A stretch of 64,000 nucleotides of DNA, taken from contig JACKPK010000004.1 of assembly GCA_024233595.1 (NCBI GenBank), forward strand, positions 77,180 to 141,179. Direction: 5' to 3'. Shown piece by piece: positions 18,505-28,683 of the stretch (positions within the stretch are counted from its first letter, which is position 1; every line of letters starts with the position of its first letter). The DNA comes from Deltaproteobacteria bacterium (GTDB taxonomy: Bacteria; UBA10199; JADGCS01). Position numbers and translations under genes: made by a program. The notes under the pieces were generated by a model. The model searched no databases and had not been told where the DNA came from. It worked only from the letters and a program-made list of their open reading frames with translations.

Positions 18505-20508
18505 CTACGCCCCCAAAACAGTCATTTCAATCTGCTCGAGCTTTTTGATCTCATCTCGAATTTGCGCAGCCTTCTCAAAATTAAGTTCACTGGCTTCTTT
18601 TTTCATTTGCTCACGCAGTTTTTTAATCTGCTCGGGAATCTTTGACACTTCAATCTCTTCAATTTCGGGAGACAACACGTCATCAACATCCACATAGTCG
18701 GCCGCCAATTCTTGCGGCAGGCCTTCGCGAATTTCTTTAATGATGGTTTGTGGTGTGATGCCATGTTCCTGATTGTAGGCTTCTTGAATCTGACGACGTC
18801 GATTGGTTTCGTGAATGGCTTTTTTCAGAGAACCTGTCATGTGATCGGCATAAACAATCACACGCCCTTTGACATTCCGTGCAGCACGACCAAAGGTCTG
18901 AATGAGCGATCGCTCACTACGCAAAAAGCCCTCTTTGTCCGCATCCAAAATGGCCACCAAACTCACTTCTGGCAAATCCAAACCTTCGCGCAATAAGTTA
19001 ATGCCAATGAGCACATCGAATTTGCCCAAACGAAGATCGCGCAAAATCTGAAAGCGTTCAATGGTGTCAATGTCGGAATGCAAATAGCGTGCGTTCACGC
19101 CAACATCGTTTAAAAACTTAGAAAGGTTTTCGGCCATGCGTTTGGTGAGCGTGGTCACCAAAACACGCTCGTTTTGCGCCACAACCTTTTGTACCTCGTC
19201 AATCAGGTCATCAACTTGATTGGTCACAGGGCGCATGTCGATCACCGGATCCAAAAGACCTGTTGGGCGAATCACCTGCTCCACCACAACGCCCTGAGAC
19301 TTTTCCAATTCGTACGGCCCTGGTGTGGCCGAAACATAAATCACGCGATCCACACTTTTTTCAAACTCATCAAACTTAAGCGGACGGTTATCCAAGGCAC
19401 TTGGTAACCGAAAACCAAAATCGACAAGTGTTTGCTTACGCGCACGATCACCGTTGTACATGCCACCCACCTGTGGGATGGTGATGTGAGACTCATCCAC
19501 AAAAAGCAAAAATTCTTTTGGAAAATACTCTAATAAAGTTGGTGGGGGATTCCCTTCTTGCCGTTGATCAAAATGCCGCGAGTAGTTTTCGATGCCTTTG
19601 CAGAACCCGATTTCTTCGATCATTTCTAAATCGTAGCGCGTGCGTTGTTCAATGCGCTGCTTTTCGACAAACTTGCCCTGGTTTTCAAACTCTTGCACCC
19701 GACGCACTAACTCTTCGTTAATGGTCTGAATCGCCAGCTTGCGCGTGTCTTCAGGAGTCACAAAGTGAGACCCCGGGTAAATCGCCACACGATCCAAACG
19801 ATCGATTGTTTTGCCCGTGAGCGGATCAATGACATTGATGTTTTCGATCTCATCATCAAAAAACTCCATGCGAATCGCACGCGCTTCTTCGTACACAGGA
19901 AAAATATCCAAAACATCGCCACGAATACGAAAGGTCCCACGGTGAAAATCGTAATCGTTGCGTTGGTATTGAATTTCGATGAGCTTGTTGACAATGTCTT
20001 TGCGCTCTACATTGGTGCCCTTTTGCAAATCCACCAACATGCCGTTGTAAGCCTCGGGAGAACCCAAACCATAAATGCAACTCACACTGGCCACAATGAT
20101 AACATCGTTACGCGACAACAAAGAATGCGTGGCCGCGTGACGAAGCTTGTCGATGTCGTCGTTTATGGAAGAGTCTTTTTCGATAAAAACATCAGTACGC
20201 GGGATGTAAGCCTCTGGCTGGTAGTAATCGTAATACGAAACAAAATACTCGACCGCGTTGTCTGGAAAAAAACTTTTGAATTCTGAATAAAGTTGCGCTG
20301 CCAAGGTTTTGTTAGGCGCCAAAACAAGAGACGGCAATTGCACCTGCTGAATGACCTGAGCCATGGTGAAGGTTTTGCCCGAGCCCGTCACCCCCAAAAG
20401 CGTTTGGTGATTGGCACCCGCATTCAGTCCTTGGACCAGCTCCGCTATGGCGCCGGGCTGATCCCCTTGCGGTTTGTATTCGGATTTAAGTTGAAAACCA
20501 CTCATCAC
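18505..20508 (-). CDS. uvrB: Excinuclease ABC subunit B
   Basis: Full-length UvrB: ...[12 protein letters not shown] (Walker A), DESH box ([11 protein letters not shown]), helicase motifs, and a C-terminal UVR domain (...[15 protein letters not shown]). Confidence 0.97.
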   Translation of the reverse strand: MMSGFQLKSEYKPQGDQPGAIAELVQGLNAGANHQTLLGVTGSGKTFTMAQVIQQVQLPSLVLAPNKTLAAQLYSEFKSFFPDNAVEYFVSYYDYYQPEAYIPRTDVFIEKDSSINDDIDKLRHAATHSLLSRNDVIIVASVSCIYGLGSPEAYNGMLVDLQKGTNVERKDIVNKLIEIQYQRNDYDFHRGTFRIRGDVLDIFPVYEEARAIRMEFFDDEIENINVIDPLTGKTIDRLDRVAIYPGSHFVTPEDTRKLAIQTINEELVRRVQEFENQGKFVEKQRIEQRTRYDLEMIEEIGFCKGIENYSRHFDQRQEGNPPPTLLEYFPKEFLLFVDESHITIPQVGGMYNGDRARKQTLVDFGFRLPSALDNRPLKFDEFEKSVDRVIYVSATPGPYELEKSQGVVVEQVIRPTGLLDPVIDMRPVTNQVDDLIDEVQKVVAQNERVLVTTLTKRMAENLSKFLNDVGVNARYLHSDIDTIERFQILRDLRLGKFDVLIGINLLREGLDLPEVSLVAILDADKEGFLRSERSLIQTFGRAARNVKGRVIVYADHMTGSLKKAIHETNRRRQIQEAYNQEHGITPQTIIKEIREGLPQELAADYVDVDDVLSPEIEEIEVSKIPEQIKKLREQMKKEASELNFEKAAQIRDEIKKLEQIEMTVLGA

Positions 20509-21617
20509 ATCATGCGATAAAGCTGACGCTTTTTCTGCTCTAAATGCTTAAAGGAAAATTGCTGATTGAACAAGGCCATGCCTGATCTGGCAAGCTGTAA
20601 GCGCTTATCCGGCTGTTCCCCCAACTGCTTTAAAACAAGAGCCAACTCGGTGACATTTTTAGGGCGAAAGGAACGAAATGTTTTTTCATCAGCAAAGCCC
20701 GGTTCGTTTTCTAAATCGGCAAGCGAAACCAAAGCCACACCTTGTGCCATGGCCTGCGCGACTTTTTGAACCAACCCTCGTTTTAAACCCGGAACCAAAA
20801 TGACATCTGATTTTAACAAAGCGCGCTTCCAGGATTCGTCACCCACTTGCCATTTGGTGCAATTGGCAATCTTTAAGCGGCTCACTAAATTTGTAAAATC
20901 GTTTTGCACAGGCACATCGCTGATGATGGTGAGTTGCCAACCCGGGTGTTGCACACGAGCCAAATCAAAGGCACTCAACACTGTTTTGATTTGATGCGGG
21001 TCTTTGTGATCAACAAAGGCAGTGACTTCACATTTTTTATCATTGATGTCTTCGGGCGCCAGTGTGGAACGAATACGAGGGAGAGCTGGGAAAATAGCTT
21101 TGGCTTTGCCTTGCAGCGATTCCGGCAAAGAAGAAAGCATTTTGGCAAGCTCGACTTCGACCTGACGTGCACTTGGCACCATCATTTTATTAAATAAATT
21201 AAAATGCTCCTCGCCAAGCGATAGGGATAAAATCCAATCGAACCCAAAACGTTTGCTCATGAAGTGCGCGGGAAAAATCATTTTAGAACCCACGGCCTGA
21301 ATTAATTTCACATCACATTGTTTTAGATTTTTTCCGAGCTCTATCAAAGAGCGCAACCGAACCCGTGGTGCCAATTTAACCAAGTGCACCGTCATGCATT
21401 TGGGGATGCGATTTTGCCATTCTTCTATAAATGACTCTGGCGTCTCACTAAAAACACAGAGGAAAAAAGAAAATTCCCCCTTTAGCGATTTGGCTAAATC
21501 ACAAAATAAACGAATTTGCTCTTTGTGGTCTTCGGCAACCAACACCGCAATCGCCTTACCTGAAAAAACAGCACCTGATTCTTGCTCTTTTTGTGTCATT
21601 TGATTCTCGCTTGTCAT
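20505..21617 (-). CDS. Putative GT-B fold glycosyltransferase (GT4-like)
   Basis: 4-nt overlap with the uvrB start. The C-terminal half (...[28 protein letters not shown]...) resembles the GT4 nucleotide-sugar binding region. Weak. The ORF-track TTG start at 21632 lies in an inverted-repeat arm, so ATG 21617 is used. Confidence 0.4.
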   Translation of the reverse strand: MTSENQMTQKEQESGAVFSGKAIAVLVAEDHKEQIRLFCDLAKSLKGEFSFFLCVFSETPESFIEEWQNRIPKCMTVHLVKLAPRVRLRSLIELGKNLKQCDVKLIQAVGSKMIFPAHFMSKRFGFDWILSLSLGEEHFNLFNKMMVPSARQVEVELAKMLSSLPESLQGKAKAIFPALPRIRSTLAPEDINDKKCEVTAFVDHKDPHQIKTVLSAFDLARVQHPGWQLTIISDVPVQNDFTNLVSRLKIANCTKWQVGDESWKRALLKSDVILVPGLKRGLVQKVAQAMAQGVALVSLADLENEPGFADEKTFRSFRPKNVTELALVLKQLGEQPDKRLQLARSGMALFNQQFSFKHLEQKKRQLYRMM

Positions 21618-21622
21618 GCCAC

Positions 21623-21664
21623 GCAATTCCAATTCTTAGGCACTTTGGTCAACTGTGGAATTGC
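21623..21664. promoter_or_regulatory. Perfect 9-bp inverted repeat in divergent promoter region
   Basis: GCAATTCCA (21623-21631), 24 nt, TGGAATTGC (21656-21664), between the glycosyltransferase-like gene and gshB. Confidence 0.4.
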
Positions 21665-21711
21665 AAGATTTCTCATTCGACAGGAGAAAAAGGATTTGGC
21701 AGAAGGTCAAC

Positions 21712-22674
21712 ATGACTAAAAATCTTGCTCTTGCTTTCATTGCTGACCCCTTAGCCAACTTCAATCCTCTGCACGAAACCACTTTTTTTATCATGGCCGA
21801 AGCCAACAAACGTGGTTGGGATTGTTTTCACATTGAACTGCAAGGCCTAAGTGCGCAAAATGAAAGCGTTTGGGGACAAGCTTCGCAAGTCAGCGTGTCG
21901 CAAAACAAACAAGGCGGTTTTGAATATAATATAAAGGACAAACGCAAAATTGATTTGGCCAGTTGCGATGCGGTTCTTTTGCGCAAGGACCCGCCAGTCA
22001 ACATGGCTTTTTTAGATCACCTGTCTCTGCTCGATCTTTTGCAAAATAAAACCCTGCTCGTGAACAACCCTTCGAGTGTCAAAATAGCCAACGAGAAATT
22101 ATTCCCGCTGCAATTTAAAGACATTATGCCAGACACCTTAGTGAGCCAAAACGCCGCAAGCTTGCGTGAGTTTATTCAAGAGCAAAAAACTGCGGTGATC
22201 AAACCCTTAAACGAAGCCGGTGGCCGCGGGGTTGTGTTGTTAAAACACGATGATCCCTCCTTGGGATCTCTTTTGGACTTGCTCACAAAAAACAACAGCG
22301 AGTTTCTCATGGCACAGCAATTTTTGCCCGAAGCCCGCAAAGGCGACAAACGCATTCTGCTTTTGGATGGCGAAGTTTTGGGCAGCTTTTTGCGTGTGCC
22401 CCATCAAGACGACTTTCGTGGCAACCTGCACAGCGGTGCGACTTTAAAAAAATCCCCGGTCAGCAAAGAAGAACAAGCCCTTGTCGATCAAATCAGCCCT
22501 CGCCTTCAAGAAATGGGGCTGTACTTTGTAGGGCTTGACCTCATTGGCTCCCACGTGACCGAAATCAACTCGACCTCCCCCATGGGCATCAGCGAAATCA
22601 ATCATTTAGACAACACCCGCTGCGAAGCCCAGTTCTGTGACTGGCTAAAAAATAAAATCAAATCAGCAAGATAA
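21712..22674 (+). CDS. gshB: Glutathione synthetase (prokaryotic ATP-grasp type)
   Basis: N-terminus NLALAFIADPLANFNPLHETTFFIMAEANKRGW and ATP-grasp half (...GDKRILLLDGEVLG..., ...YFVGLDLIGSHVTEINSTSP) match GshB. ATG 21712 gives a typical N-terminus. Confidence 0.85.
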   Translation: MTKNLALAFIADPLANFNPLHETTFFIMAEANKRGWDCFHIELQGLSAQNESVWGQASQVSVSQNKQGGFEYNIKDKRKIDLASCDAVLLRKDPPVNMAFLDHLSLLDLLQNKTLLVNNPSSVKIANEKLFPLQFKDIMPDTLVSQNAASLREFIQEQKTAVIKPLNEAGGRGVVLLKHDDPSLGSLLDLLTKNNSEFLMAQQFLPEARKGDKRILLLDGEVLGSFLRVPHQDDFRGNLHSGATLKKSPVSKEEQALVDQISPRLQEMGLYFVGLDLIGSHVTEINSTSPMGISEINHLDNTRCEAQFCDWLKNKIKSAR

Positions 22675-22894
22675 CCCCCGATTTTGGGTCTGGTCGCGTC
22701 ATAAAATAAACAAAACAAAGCAATGTGGGCACGCCTTACTTGACGCATTTCACCAAAGCGTTCGCTATTTTGATAGGCTCTGTTGATGAGACTCTTGCAA
22801 ACTCGTCTTCTCTTGACTACTAGTCCCGGCTCGACAGGCATCTTGATGGCCACAAGCTTTGGAGAGCGTGTTGAGATTCAGAAAAGGATTATTC

Positions 22895-23938
22895 ATGGAA
22901 CTGAAAGACTTAAACATTGATGGCTACGAACGTGTGGTGGAAGCGCAAATCGCTCCCGATGTTACGGCGATCATCTCTATTCATAATTTAAAAAGAGGCC
23001 CAAGCTTAGGTGGCTGTCGCTTCTACAACTACACCAGCAAAGAAGCAGCATTAACCGATGTGCTGCGTTTGTCAGAAGGCATGAGCTACAAATCTGCCAT
23101 GGCCGAACTTCCCCTTGGTGGTGGTAAGTCGGTGATCATTGGCGATCCTCGCAAAGTCAAAACAAAAGAATTACTCGAAAACTTTGGCCGCTTTGTAAAC
23201 GAATTGAACGGCCAGTACATCACAGCCAAAGACGTTGGCGTTGAGGTCGAAGACCTAGACGTGATGGCCACACAAACCAAATGGGTTCGTGGAACCAGCG
23301 ACGAATCCAGCAGTGGCGACCCTTCCCCTGTGACAGCTTTTGGCGTGTTCCAAGGCATTCGTGCTGCCGCTAACTTTCAGTGGGGCAATGCTTCTGTTAA
23401 AGGCAAGCGCGTGGTTGTACAAGGTTTAGGTCACGTCGGTTTAGAAACAGCCAAACACCTTTTAGAAGATGGCGCTGAAGTTTGGGCCTGTGAACTCAAT
23501 CAAGAAGCTTTGGAAAAAGCCGCCAAAAACTACGGCATCAAAGCCATTGGTTTGGACGAATGGAAAAGCACCGAAGCCGATATCTTCTGTCCTTGCGCCA
23601 TGGGTGCCATCCTCACCCCAGAAACCATCCCGCAATTGCAAAGCAATGGTGTTAAAGTCATTGCCGGTGGCGCCAACAACCAATTGCTCGACATCGTTGA
23701 AGATGGCCAACGCGTGAAAGACGCAGGCATGCTTTACGCTCCCGACTACATCATCAACGCGGGTGGCGTGATCAACATCGCTTGCGAAATCATGGGTTAT
23801 GATTCGCGTCAGGCAATCGAAATGACTTCAAAAATCTACGACACCACCACAGCCATTTTTGAACGTGCTAAAAAAGAAAATCGCCCCACCGCGGTTGTGT
23901 CTTTGGACATGGCGCGCGAAAAATTGGGTTTGAAGTGA
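22895..23938 (+). CDS. Leucine (Glu/Leu/Phe/Val family) dehydrogenase
   Basis: LGGCRFYNY...GMSYKSAMAELPLGGGKSVIIGDP (active-site Lys motif) and Rossmann VVVQGLGHVGLETAKHL. ATG 22895 is preceded by AAAAGGA. Confidence 0.85.
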   Translation: MELKDLNIDGYERVVEAQIAPDVTAIISIHNLKRGPSLGGCRFYNYTSKEAALTDVLRLSEGMSYKSAMAELPLGGGKSVIIGDPRKVKTKELLENFGRFVNELNGQYITAKDVGVEVEDLDVMATQTKWVRGTSDESSSGDPSPVTAFGVFQGIRAAANFQWGNASVKGKRVVVQGLGHVGLETAKHLLEDGAEVWACELNQEALEKAAKNYGIKAIGLDEWKSTEADIFCPCAMGAILTPETIPQLQSNGVKVIAGGANNQLLDIVEDGQRVKDAGMLYAPDYIINAGGVINIACEIMGYDSRQAIEMTSKIYDTTTAIFERAKKENRPTAVVSLDMAREKLGLK

Positions 23939-23946
23939 GTTATTAA

Positions 23947-24028
23947 GTGCTTAGGTACCTAGGGACTTCCGCCTTCGTCCGCCACGGCGGACTACGGCGC
24001 GACAGGTAAGTTCCTAGGTACTTAGGGG
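23947..24028. repeat. Palindromic repeat modules (locus C)
   Basis: cttaggtacctagg...cctaggtacttagg arms flank GTCCGCC-ac-GGCGGAC (23977-23992). The GTCCGCC/GGCGGAC arms and the cctaag/cttagg words are shared with locus A. Confidence 0.6.
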
Positions 24029-24148
24029 CTCGCCTCTGTCTTCCCCGAGTTTAACTTGTCTTCCCCGCGAAGGCGCCAAACCCTCCCCAACGCTGCTTGC
24101 ACTTCCCCCCTATTTGCTGCATAAGATCCCCAATCTTTTGGAGGATCT

Positions 24149-25153
24149 ATGGCAGATAACCATGACGACAACGTCGTCAACATCAAGCCCGATGGCAATG
24201 GCCCTGATAAATTCATCAAATTTCTCAAACAACTGAGTGCCGTGCCCATCATCATTTTCTTGCTCATCGTCACTGTCCCCACCACAATCTACACCGTGCA
24301 GGCCGATGAAGATGCCGTGATCCTGCGCTTTGGCGAATACAACCGCACCGTTGGACCTGGTCTGCATTTTAAATTGCCCTTTAATTTTGAAGTCGCCATC
24401 ACCGTTCCCGTGCGCAAGATTTCAAAAATGGAATTTGGCTTCCGCACCCGTTACGTTCAACGTGGTGGCAACACGGTTTATGACACCAGCAACACCTTTG
24501 ATGACGAGTCCATCATGCTCACTGGTGACCTAAACGTGGTCGATGTCGAGTGGATCATTCAATACCAAGTCAAAGACGCTAAGGATTTCTTATTTAACGT
24601 GCATGACCCACGTAAAAATCTTTTTGATATCTCACAAGCCGTCATGCGCGAAGTCATTGGTGATCACACCGTGACCGAAGCCATCACCGACGCGCGCGAT
24701 GAAATTGCCAACCTTTCCCAAGAAAAAATGCAGAAGATTTTAGACGACTACAAAATGGGCATCCGCTTGGTGGCTTTAGAGTTACAAGACGTGTTCCCAC
24801 CCGAAAAGGTCAAACCCGCTTTTGATGAAGTGAACTCTGCCGTGCAAGACGCACAGCAAATTGCCAACCTGGCCGAGAAACAACGCAAAAAAGTCATTCA
24901 AGAAGCACGTGGTAAAGCCGAACAACTCATCAAAACAGCTCGTGCTTACAAAGTGAATCTGATCAACCGTGCCGAAGGCGACACCAAACGCTTTTTATCG
25001 CTCTACGGTGAATTTAAAAAGGCGCCCGAGATTACAAAAAAACGTCTGTATTTTGATCAAATCAAAAACACCATCAAAGACATAGACCAAGTCTACGTGG
25101 TTGACCCGCAGGTCAAAGGCATTCTTCCCATGCTCAACCTAGGAGCTAAGTAA
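24149..25153 (+). CDS. hflK: FtsH protease modulator HflK (SPFH domain)
   Basis: N-terminal TM, then ...IYTVQADEDAVILRFGEYNRTVGPGLHFKLPF... (band 7/SPFH). It sits directly upstream of hflC with a 1-nt overlap. Confidence 0.9.
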   Translation: MADNHDDNVVNIKPDGNGPDKFIKFLKQLSAVPIIIFLLIVTVPTTIYTVQADEDAVILRFGEYNRTVGPGLHFKLPFNFEVAITVPVRKISKMEFGFRTRYVQRGGNTVYDTSNTFDDESIMLTGDLNVVDVEWIIQYQVKDAKDFLFNVHDPRKNLFDISQAVMREVIGDHTVTEAITDARDEIANLSQEKMQKILDDYKMGIRLVALELQDVFPPEKVKPAFDEVNSAVQDAQQIANLAEKQRKKVIQEARGKAEQLIKTARAYKVNLINRAEGDTKRFLSLYGEFKKAPEITKKRLYFDQIKNTIKDIDQVYVVDPQVKGILPMLNLGAK

Positions 25154-26106
25154 TGAAAAAAATCATTTTTATCATTTTCCTGATTCTTGGACTGGTAGTC
25201 GTTTCTTCTAGCTACTTTGTCGTGAACGAAACCGAACAAGTTGTGATCACACGTTTTGGCGCGCCTGTTCGCAACACCATTCAAAAGGCTGGCATTTATT
25301 TTAAAGCCCCCATTGTGGAGCAAGCCAACTTTTTTGAAAAACGCATTTTAGAATGGGATGGCGAAGCCTCCAAGCCCATCCCCACGCGTGATAAAAAGAA
25401 CATCATCATCGATGCCACAGCGCGCTGGCGTATCACTAACCCTTTGGTGTTTTTGCAAAGTGTTGGCTCCATGGAATCCGCTCAATCGCGTTTAGATGAC
25501 ATCATTGATTCCAACGTGCGTGACATTGTCAGTAAACACAGCTTGGTCGAGATCGTGCGCAACTCCAACCGCGTCATCAACATCATCCAACAAGAATACG
25601 AGTCCGAAAGCTTTGCCGCTGTGCAAGACGAAGAATCCATCATCCGAGAAATCAAAGATGGCCGCGATCAAATCACGCGTGATGTGCTCAAAAAATCGCA
25701 ACCCATCATCGAAAAATACGGCATCAAACTCATCGATGTACGCATCAAAGGTTTAATCTATTCTAAAGTCGTTTTAGAAAATGTGTTTCGCCGCATGACA
25801 TCGCAGTATCAAATCAAAGCCCAAAACTTACGTTCCGAAGGCGATCGTAAAAAATCAGAGATCCAAGGTGAAACTGAATTTGAGCTCAAAGAAATTGAAT
25901 CCGGTGCGTACAAACAAGCGCAGATCATCCGCGGTGAAGGCGATGCTGAGGCAGCCCGCATTTATGCCGAAACACTTTCCGTGGACCCAGATTTTTATCA
26001 GTTTCAACGCAGCTTAGAGGCTTATCAAGAAGCCATTAAAGAAAACGCCGTTTTGCTCATGGGAACAGAATCGGAATTCTTTAGGGTGTTAAAGACTGGA
26101 AAATAG
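25153..26106 (+). CDS. hflC: FtsH protease modulator HflC (SPFH domain)
   Basis: N-terminal TM, then ...YFVVNETEQVVITRFGAPV...GIYFKAPI... Typical HflC partner of HflK. Confidence 0.9.
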   Translation: MKKIIFIIFLILGLVVVSSSYFVVNETEQVVITRFGAPVRNTIQKAGIYFKAPIVEQANFFEKRILEWDGEASKPIPTRDKKNIIIDATARWRITNPLVFLQSVGSMESAQSRLDDIIDSNVRDIVSKHSLVEIVRNSNRVINIIQQEYESESFAAVQDEESIIREIKDGRDQITRDVLKKSQPIIEKYGIKLIDVRIKGLIYSKVVLENVFRRMTSQYQIKAQNLRSEGDRKKSEIQGETEFELKEIESGAYKQAQIIRGEGDAEAARIYAETLSVDPDFYQFQRSLEAYQEAIKENAVLLMGTESEFFRVLKTGK

Positions 26107-26749
26107 GCCCGCCGTTAAAATCATTTAAAGGACAATGCTCGCAATCGGGTTTGCTGCGCTTGCAATAATGCTTGCCCACCGCCACAATCAGCGCGTGGTA
26201 TTCGTTGTACAAACCCACGTCTTCTTCTAAATGAGCCTCAAAATAATCTTTGAGTTGATAATAATCAGCATCCTCATCCATGACCTGATGACGCACCAAA
26301 ATGCGTTTGGTGTAAGCATCAATCACAAAACTAGGCCGATCGAAGGCGTACAAAACCATGCTATCAGCGGTTTCTGGACCAATGCCCGTGATGCTCAAAA
26401 GAAACTCACGCAAACGATCTGATGATAAGTCGCGCAAAGCGCTTAAGTCACCAAATTCCTCATTAACGCGCGCCACAAAACCTTTAAGACGCTTTGCCTT
26501 TTGGCGAAAATAACCAGACGGGCGAATGTGCTCTGATAAAATTTCTTCTGGAATGGATAAAAGCGCTTCGAACGAAAGACTGTTATTTTGTTTAAGATTA
26601 GCAATGGCCTTTTCGACGTTGCCCCAGTTCGTGTTCTGGGTGAGGATCGCTCCCACGCAAATTTCTAAAGCTGAATCACCTGGCCACCAATTTTGTTTGC
26701 CAAAGTGTGTGAGCATTTTTTGATACGCCTGCTCCAGTAAAACACTCAT
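26081..26749 (-). CDS. Endonuclease III-like HhH-GPD base-excision repair protein with 4Fe-4S cluster loop
   Basis: ...GAILTQNTNWGNVEKAIANLK..., HhH (...LLSITGIGPETADSMVLYAF), and a C-terminal C-x6-C-x2-C context (CKRSKPDCEHCPL). Confidence 0.8.
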   Translation of the reverse strand: MSVLLEQAYQKMLTHFGKQNWWPGDSALEICVGAILTQNTNWGNVEKAIANLKQNNSLSFEALLSIPEEILSEHIRPSGYFRQKAKRLKGFVARVNEEFGDLSALRDLSSDRLREFLLSITGIGPETADSMVLYAFDRPSFVIDAYTKRILVRHQVMDEDADYYQLKDYFEAHLEEDVGLYNEYHALIVAVGKHYCKRSKPDCEHCPLNDFNGGPIFQSLTP

Positions 26750-27153
26750 GATTCACCAAAAGGCGCAATCGGGTCACGCAAGGTTTCGAGATCTTCTTCT
26801 TTGTATTCAGGAAGCTTGGGTTTGCTATTTTTTAAGGTGTCGACTTCTTCTTTGGAATAGGCCGAAAGCCGCCCAATGGCGTCGGCATCGTGCAAGGATT
26901 CTTCCATGGCAATGAATTCGGGCAAGCTGTGATCTTCGGAATGCAGGTAATTCATGACCGCATCCAGATTATCCTCCGTTAAGGTCATGCGAAAATCAGC
27001 TAGAAAATTTAAAACAACCTGCTTTTCTTTTTCGTTATGCACCCCAAGCTTAAGCTTAAGGAAGCAAACCCCCAGATTTTCCCGCTTTTTTGGCTGCTGC
27101 TCGCGAAACTTTTTTTTAAGGTCTTTCAGTTGTTGTATCTGTGTTTGTTTCAT
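26746..27153 (-). CDS. Hypothetical protein
   Basis: 135-aa charged ORF with a 4-nt overlap onto the downstream Endo III-like gene (operon-like). No recognisable motif. Confidence 0.5.
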   Translation of the reverse strand: MKQTQIQQLKDLKKKFREQQPKKRENLGVCFLKLKLGVHNEKEKQVVLNFLADFRMTLTEDNLDAVMNYLHSEDHSLPEFIAMEESLHDADAIGRLSAYSKEEVDTLKNSKPKLPEYKEEDLETLRDPIAPFGES

Positions 27154-27221
27154 TTTCGGCTTACGCTATGTCCATAGAAAATACATTGCAAACAGAAACT
27201 TACCAGATATAGTCAACCCAG

Positions 27222-28676
27222 ATGAACGAAAACAGAACAATCCCAGAAAATGTCAAAAAAATATACCTGATGGCCATTTGTGGCACCGGCATGGGTTCGC
27301 TTGCGGGACTTTTAAAAGAACAAGGCTACAACGTTGCTGGTTCTGATGCCAACGTTTACCCTCCCATGTCCACCGAGCTCGAACGCCAAAACATTGCCAT
27401 TTACTCGCCATTTCAAGAAAGCAATCTTCAAGATTTTGAACCAGACCTGGTGATTGTGGGCAATGCCATTTCTAAAACAAACCCAGAAGCAGCTTATCTT
27501 TTAGAAACAGACATTCCCTATATCAGCATGCCCGAAGCTTTGAATCATTTTTTTCTAAAAGACAAAGACGTCATTGTTGTTTCGGGAACCCATGGCAAAA
27601 CCACCACCACAACAATCATGGCTCACTTGCTCACTGAGCTCAAACAAGACCCCTCTTTTTTAATTGGTGGGGTCGCCAAAAATTTTGGCAAAAATTTTCA
27701 AATCGGCAAGGGCAAATACTTTGTGATTGAAGGCGACGAATACGACACCGCTTTTTTTGATAAAGGCCCCAAATTTTTACACTACAACCCAAAGCATGTC
27801 ATCCTCACCTCTTTGGAGTTCGACCACGCCGACATTTACGACAGTCTCGATCAAATCAAAAAAAGCTTTTCGCTGCTTTTAGAAATCATCCCCCCACAGG
27901 GTTCGCTTCACATTGGTAGCGATGACCAAGCGGCTCGCGATGTATTAAGCGCGCAGCAGCAAGCTCAAAAAATTCACTCCGAAACCTTTGTGCTCAAATA
28001 CGGCTGCCAAGAAGGCGCCGATTGGCAACTCAGTGATTTTTCAGCAAACGCCGAAGGGTCTGTGTTCTCATTAAAAGGCTCGCAACAAAAAATACACTCT
28101 CCGCTCACAGGCGAATACAACGCCCTTAATGTGCTCGCGTGTTTTTCTGTTTTGACGCAGCTGGGTTTTTCTTGGGACGATATCCAAGCCGCTCTTCAAA
28201 ACTTTAAAGGCGTCAAAAGACGCCAAGAAATCATTTATCAAAACGACCACACTGTTCTGATTGACGATTTTGCGCACCACCCCACTGCCGTGCAAAAAAC
28301 CATTGTGGCCATCAAAGAAAAATTCCCAGAACATCATTTGTTGGCAGTGTTTGAACCACGCTCAAACACAAGCCGAACCGATCGTTTTCAAAACGAATAC
28401 CAAAAAGCCTTTGAAGTGGCAGGCGAACTGATTTTAGCTCCCGTGAATAACCCCACAAAAGTGAAAAACGGCAACGTTCTCAACACAAAAAAAATCGCTG
28501 ATCACCTTTGTGATGCCGGGATCAAAGCCTTGGCCGCCACAAGTAGCGACGAAATCTTCAATAACATTTTACAAAAACTGGAATCATCACAACAAAAGGT
28601 GGCCGTGTTGGTGATGAGCAACGGTGGTTTTGATGGTTTGGTGAGCAAATTAAAACAGCACCTTGAATCCCATTAG
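27222..28676 (+). CDS. mpl: UDP-N-acetylmuramate:L-alanyl-gamma-D-glutamyl-meso-diaminopimelate ligase
   Basis: ICGTGMGSLAGLLKEQGYNVAGSDANVYPPMST (Mpl-specific N-terminus) and the VSGTHGKTTTTT P-loop of Mur ligases. Confidence 0.9.
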   Translation: MNENRTIPENVKKIYLMAICGTGMGSLAGLLKEQGYNVAGSDANVYPPMSTELERQNIAIYSPFQESNLQDFEPDLVIVGNAISKTNPEAAYLLETDIPYISMPEALNHFFLKDKDVIVVSGTHGKTTTTTIMAHLLTELKQDPSFLIGGVAKNFGKNFQIGKGKYFVIEGDEYDTAFFDKGPKFLHYNPKHVILTSLEFDHADIYDSLDQIKKSFSLLLEIIPPQGSLHIGSDDQAARDVLSAQQQAQKIHSETFVLKYGCQEGADWQLSDFSANAEGSVFSLKGSQQKIHSPLTGEYNALNVLACFSVLTQLGFSWDDIQAALQNFKGVKRRQEIIYQNDHTVLIDDFAHHPTAVQKTIVAIKEKFPEHHLLAVFEPRSNTSRTDRFQNEYQKAFEVAGELILAPVNNPTKVKNGNVLNTKKIADHLCDAGIKALAATSSDEIFNNILQKLESSQQKVAVLVMSNGGFDGLVSKLKQHLESH

Positions 28677-28683
28677 GTCCTGG

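Noticed and set aside
19765-20286. 173-aa plus-strand ORF inside uvrB. Similar long antisense ORFs occur at 8886-9314 (in htrA), 30186-30599 (in tamB), 46592-47005 and 47992-48399 (in the Cys-rich protein gene), and 61692-62126 (in clpX).
   Set aside because: Each lies fully antisense to a gene with strong, full-length family signatures. Their translations are low-complexity or compositionally skewed (Ser/Arg/Leu-rich) and lack start-site context. This is typical of shadow ORFs.
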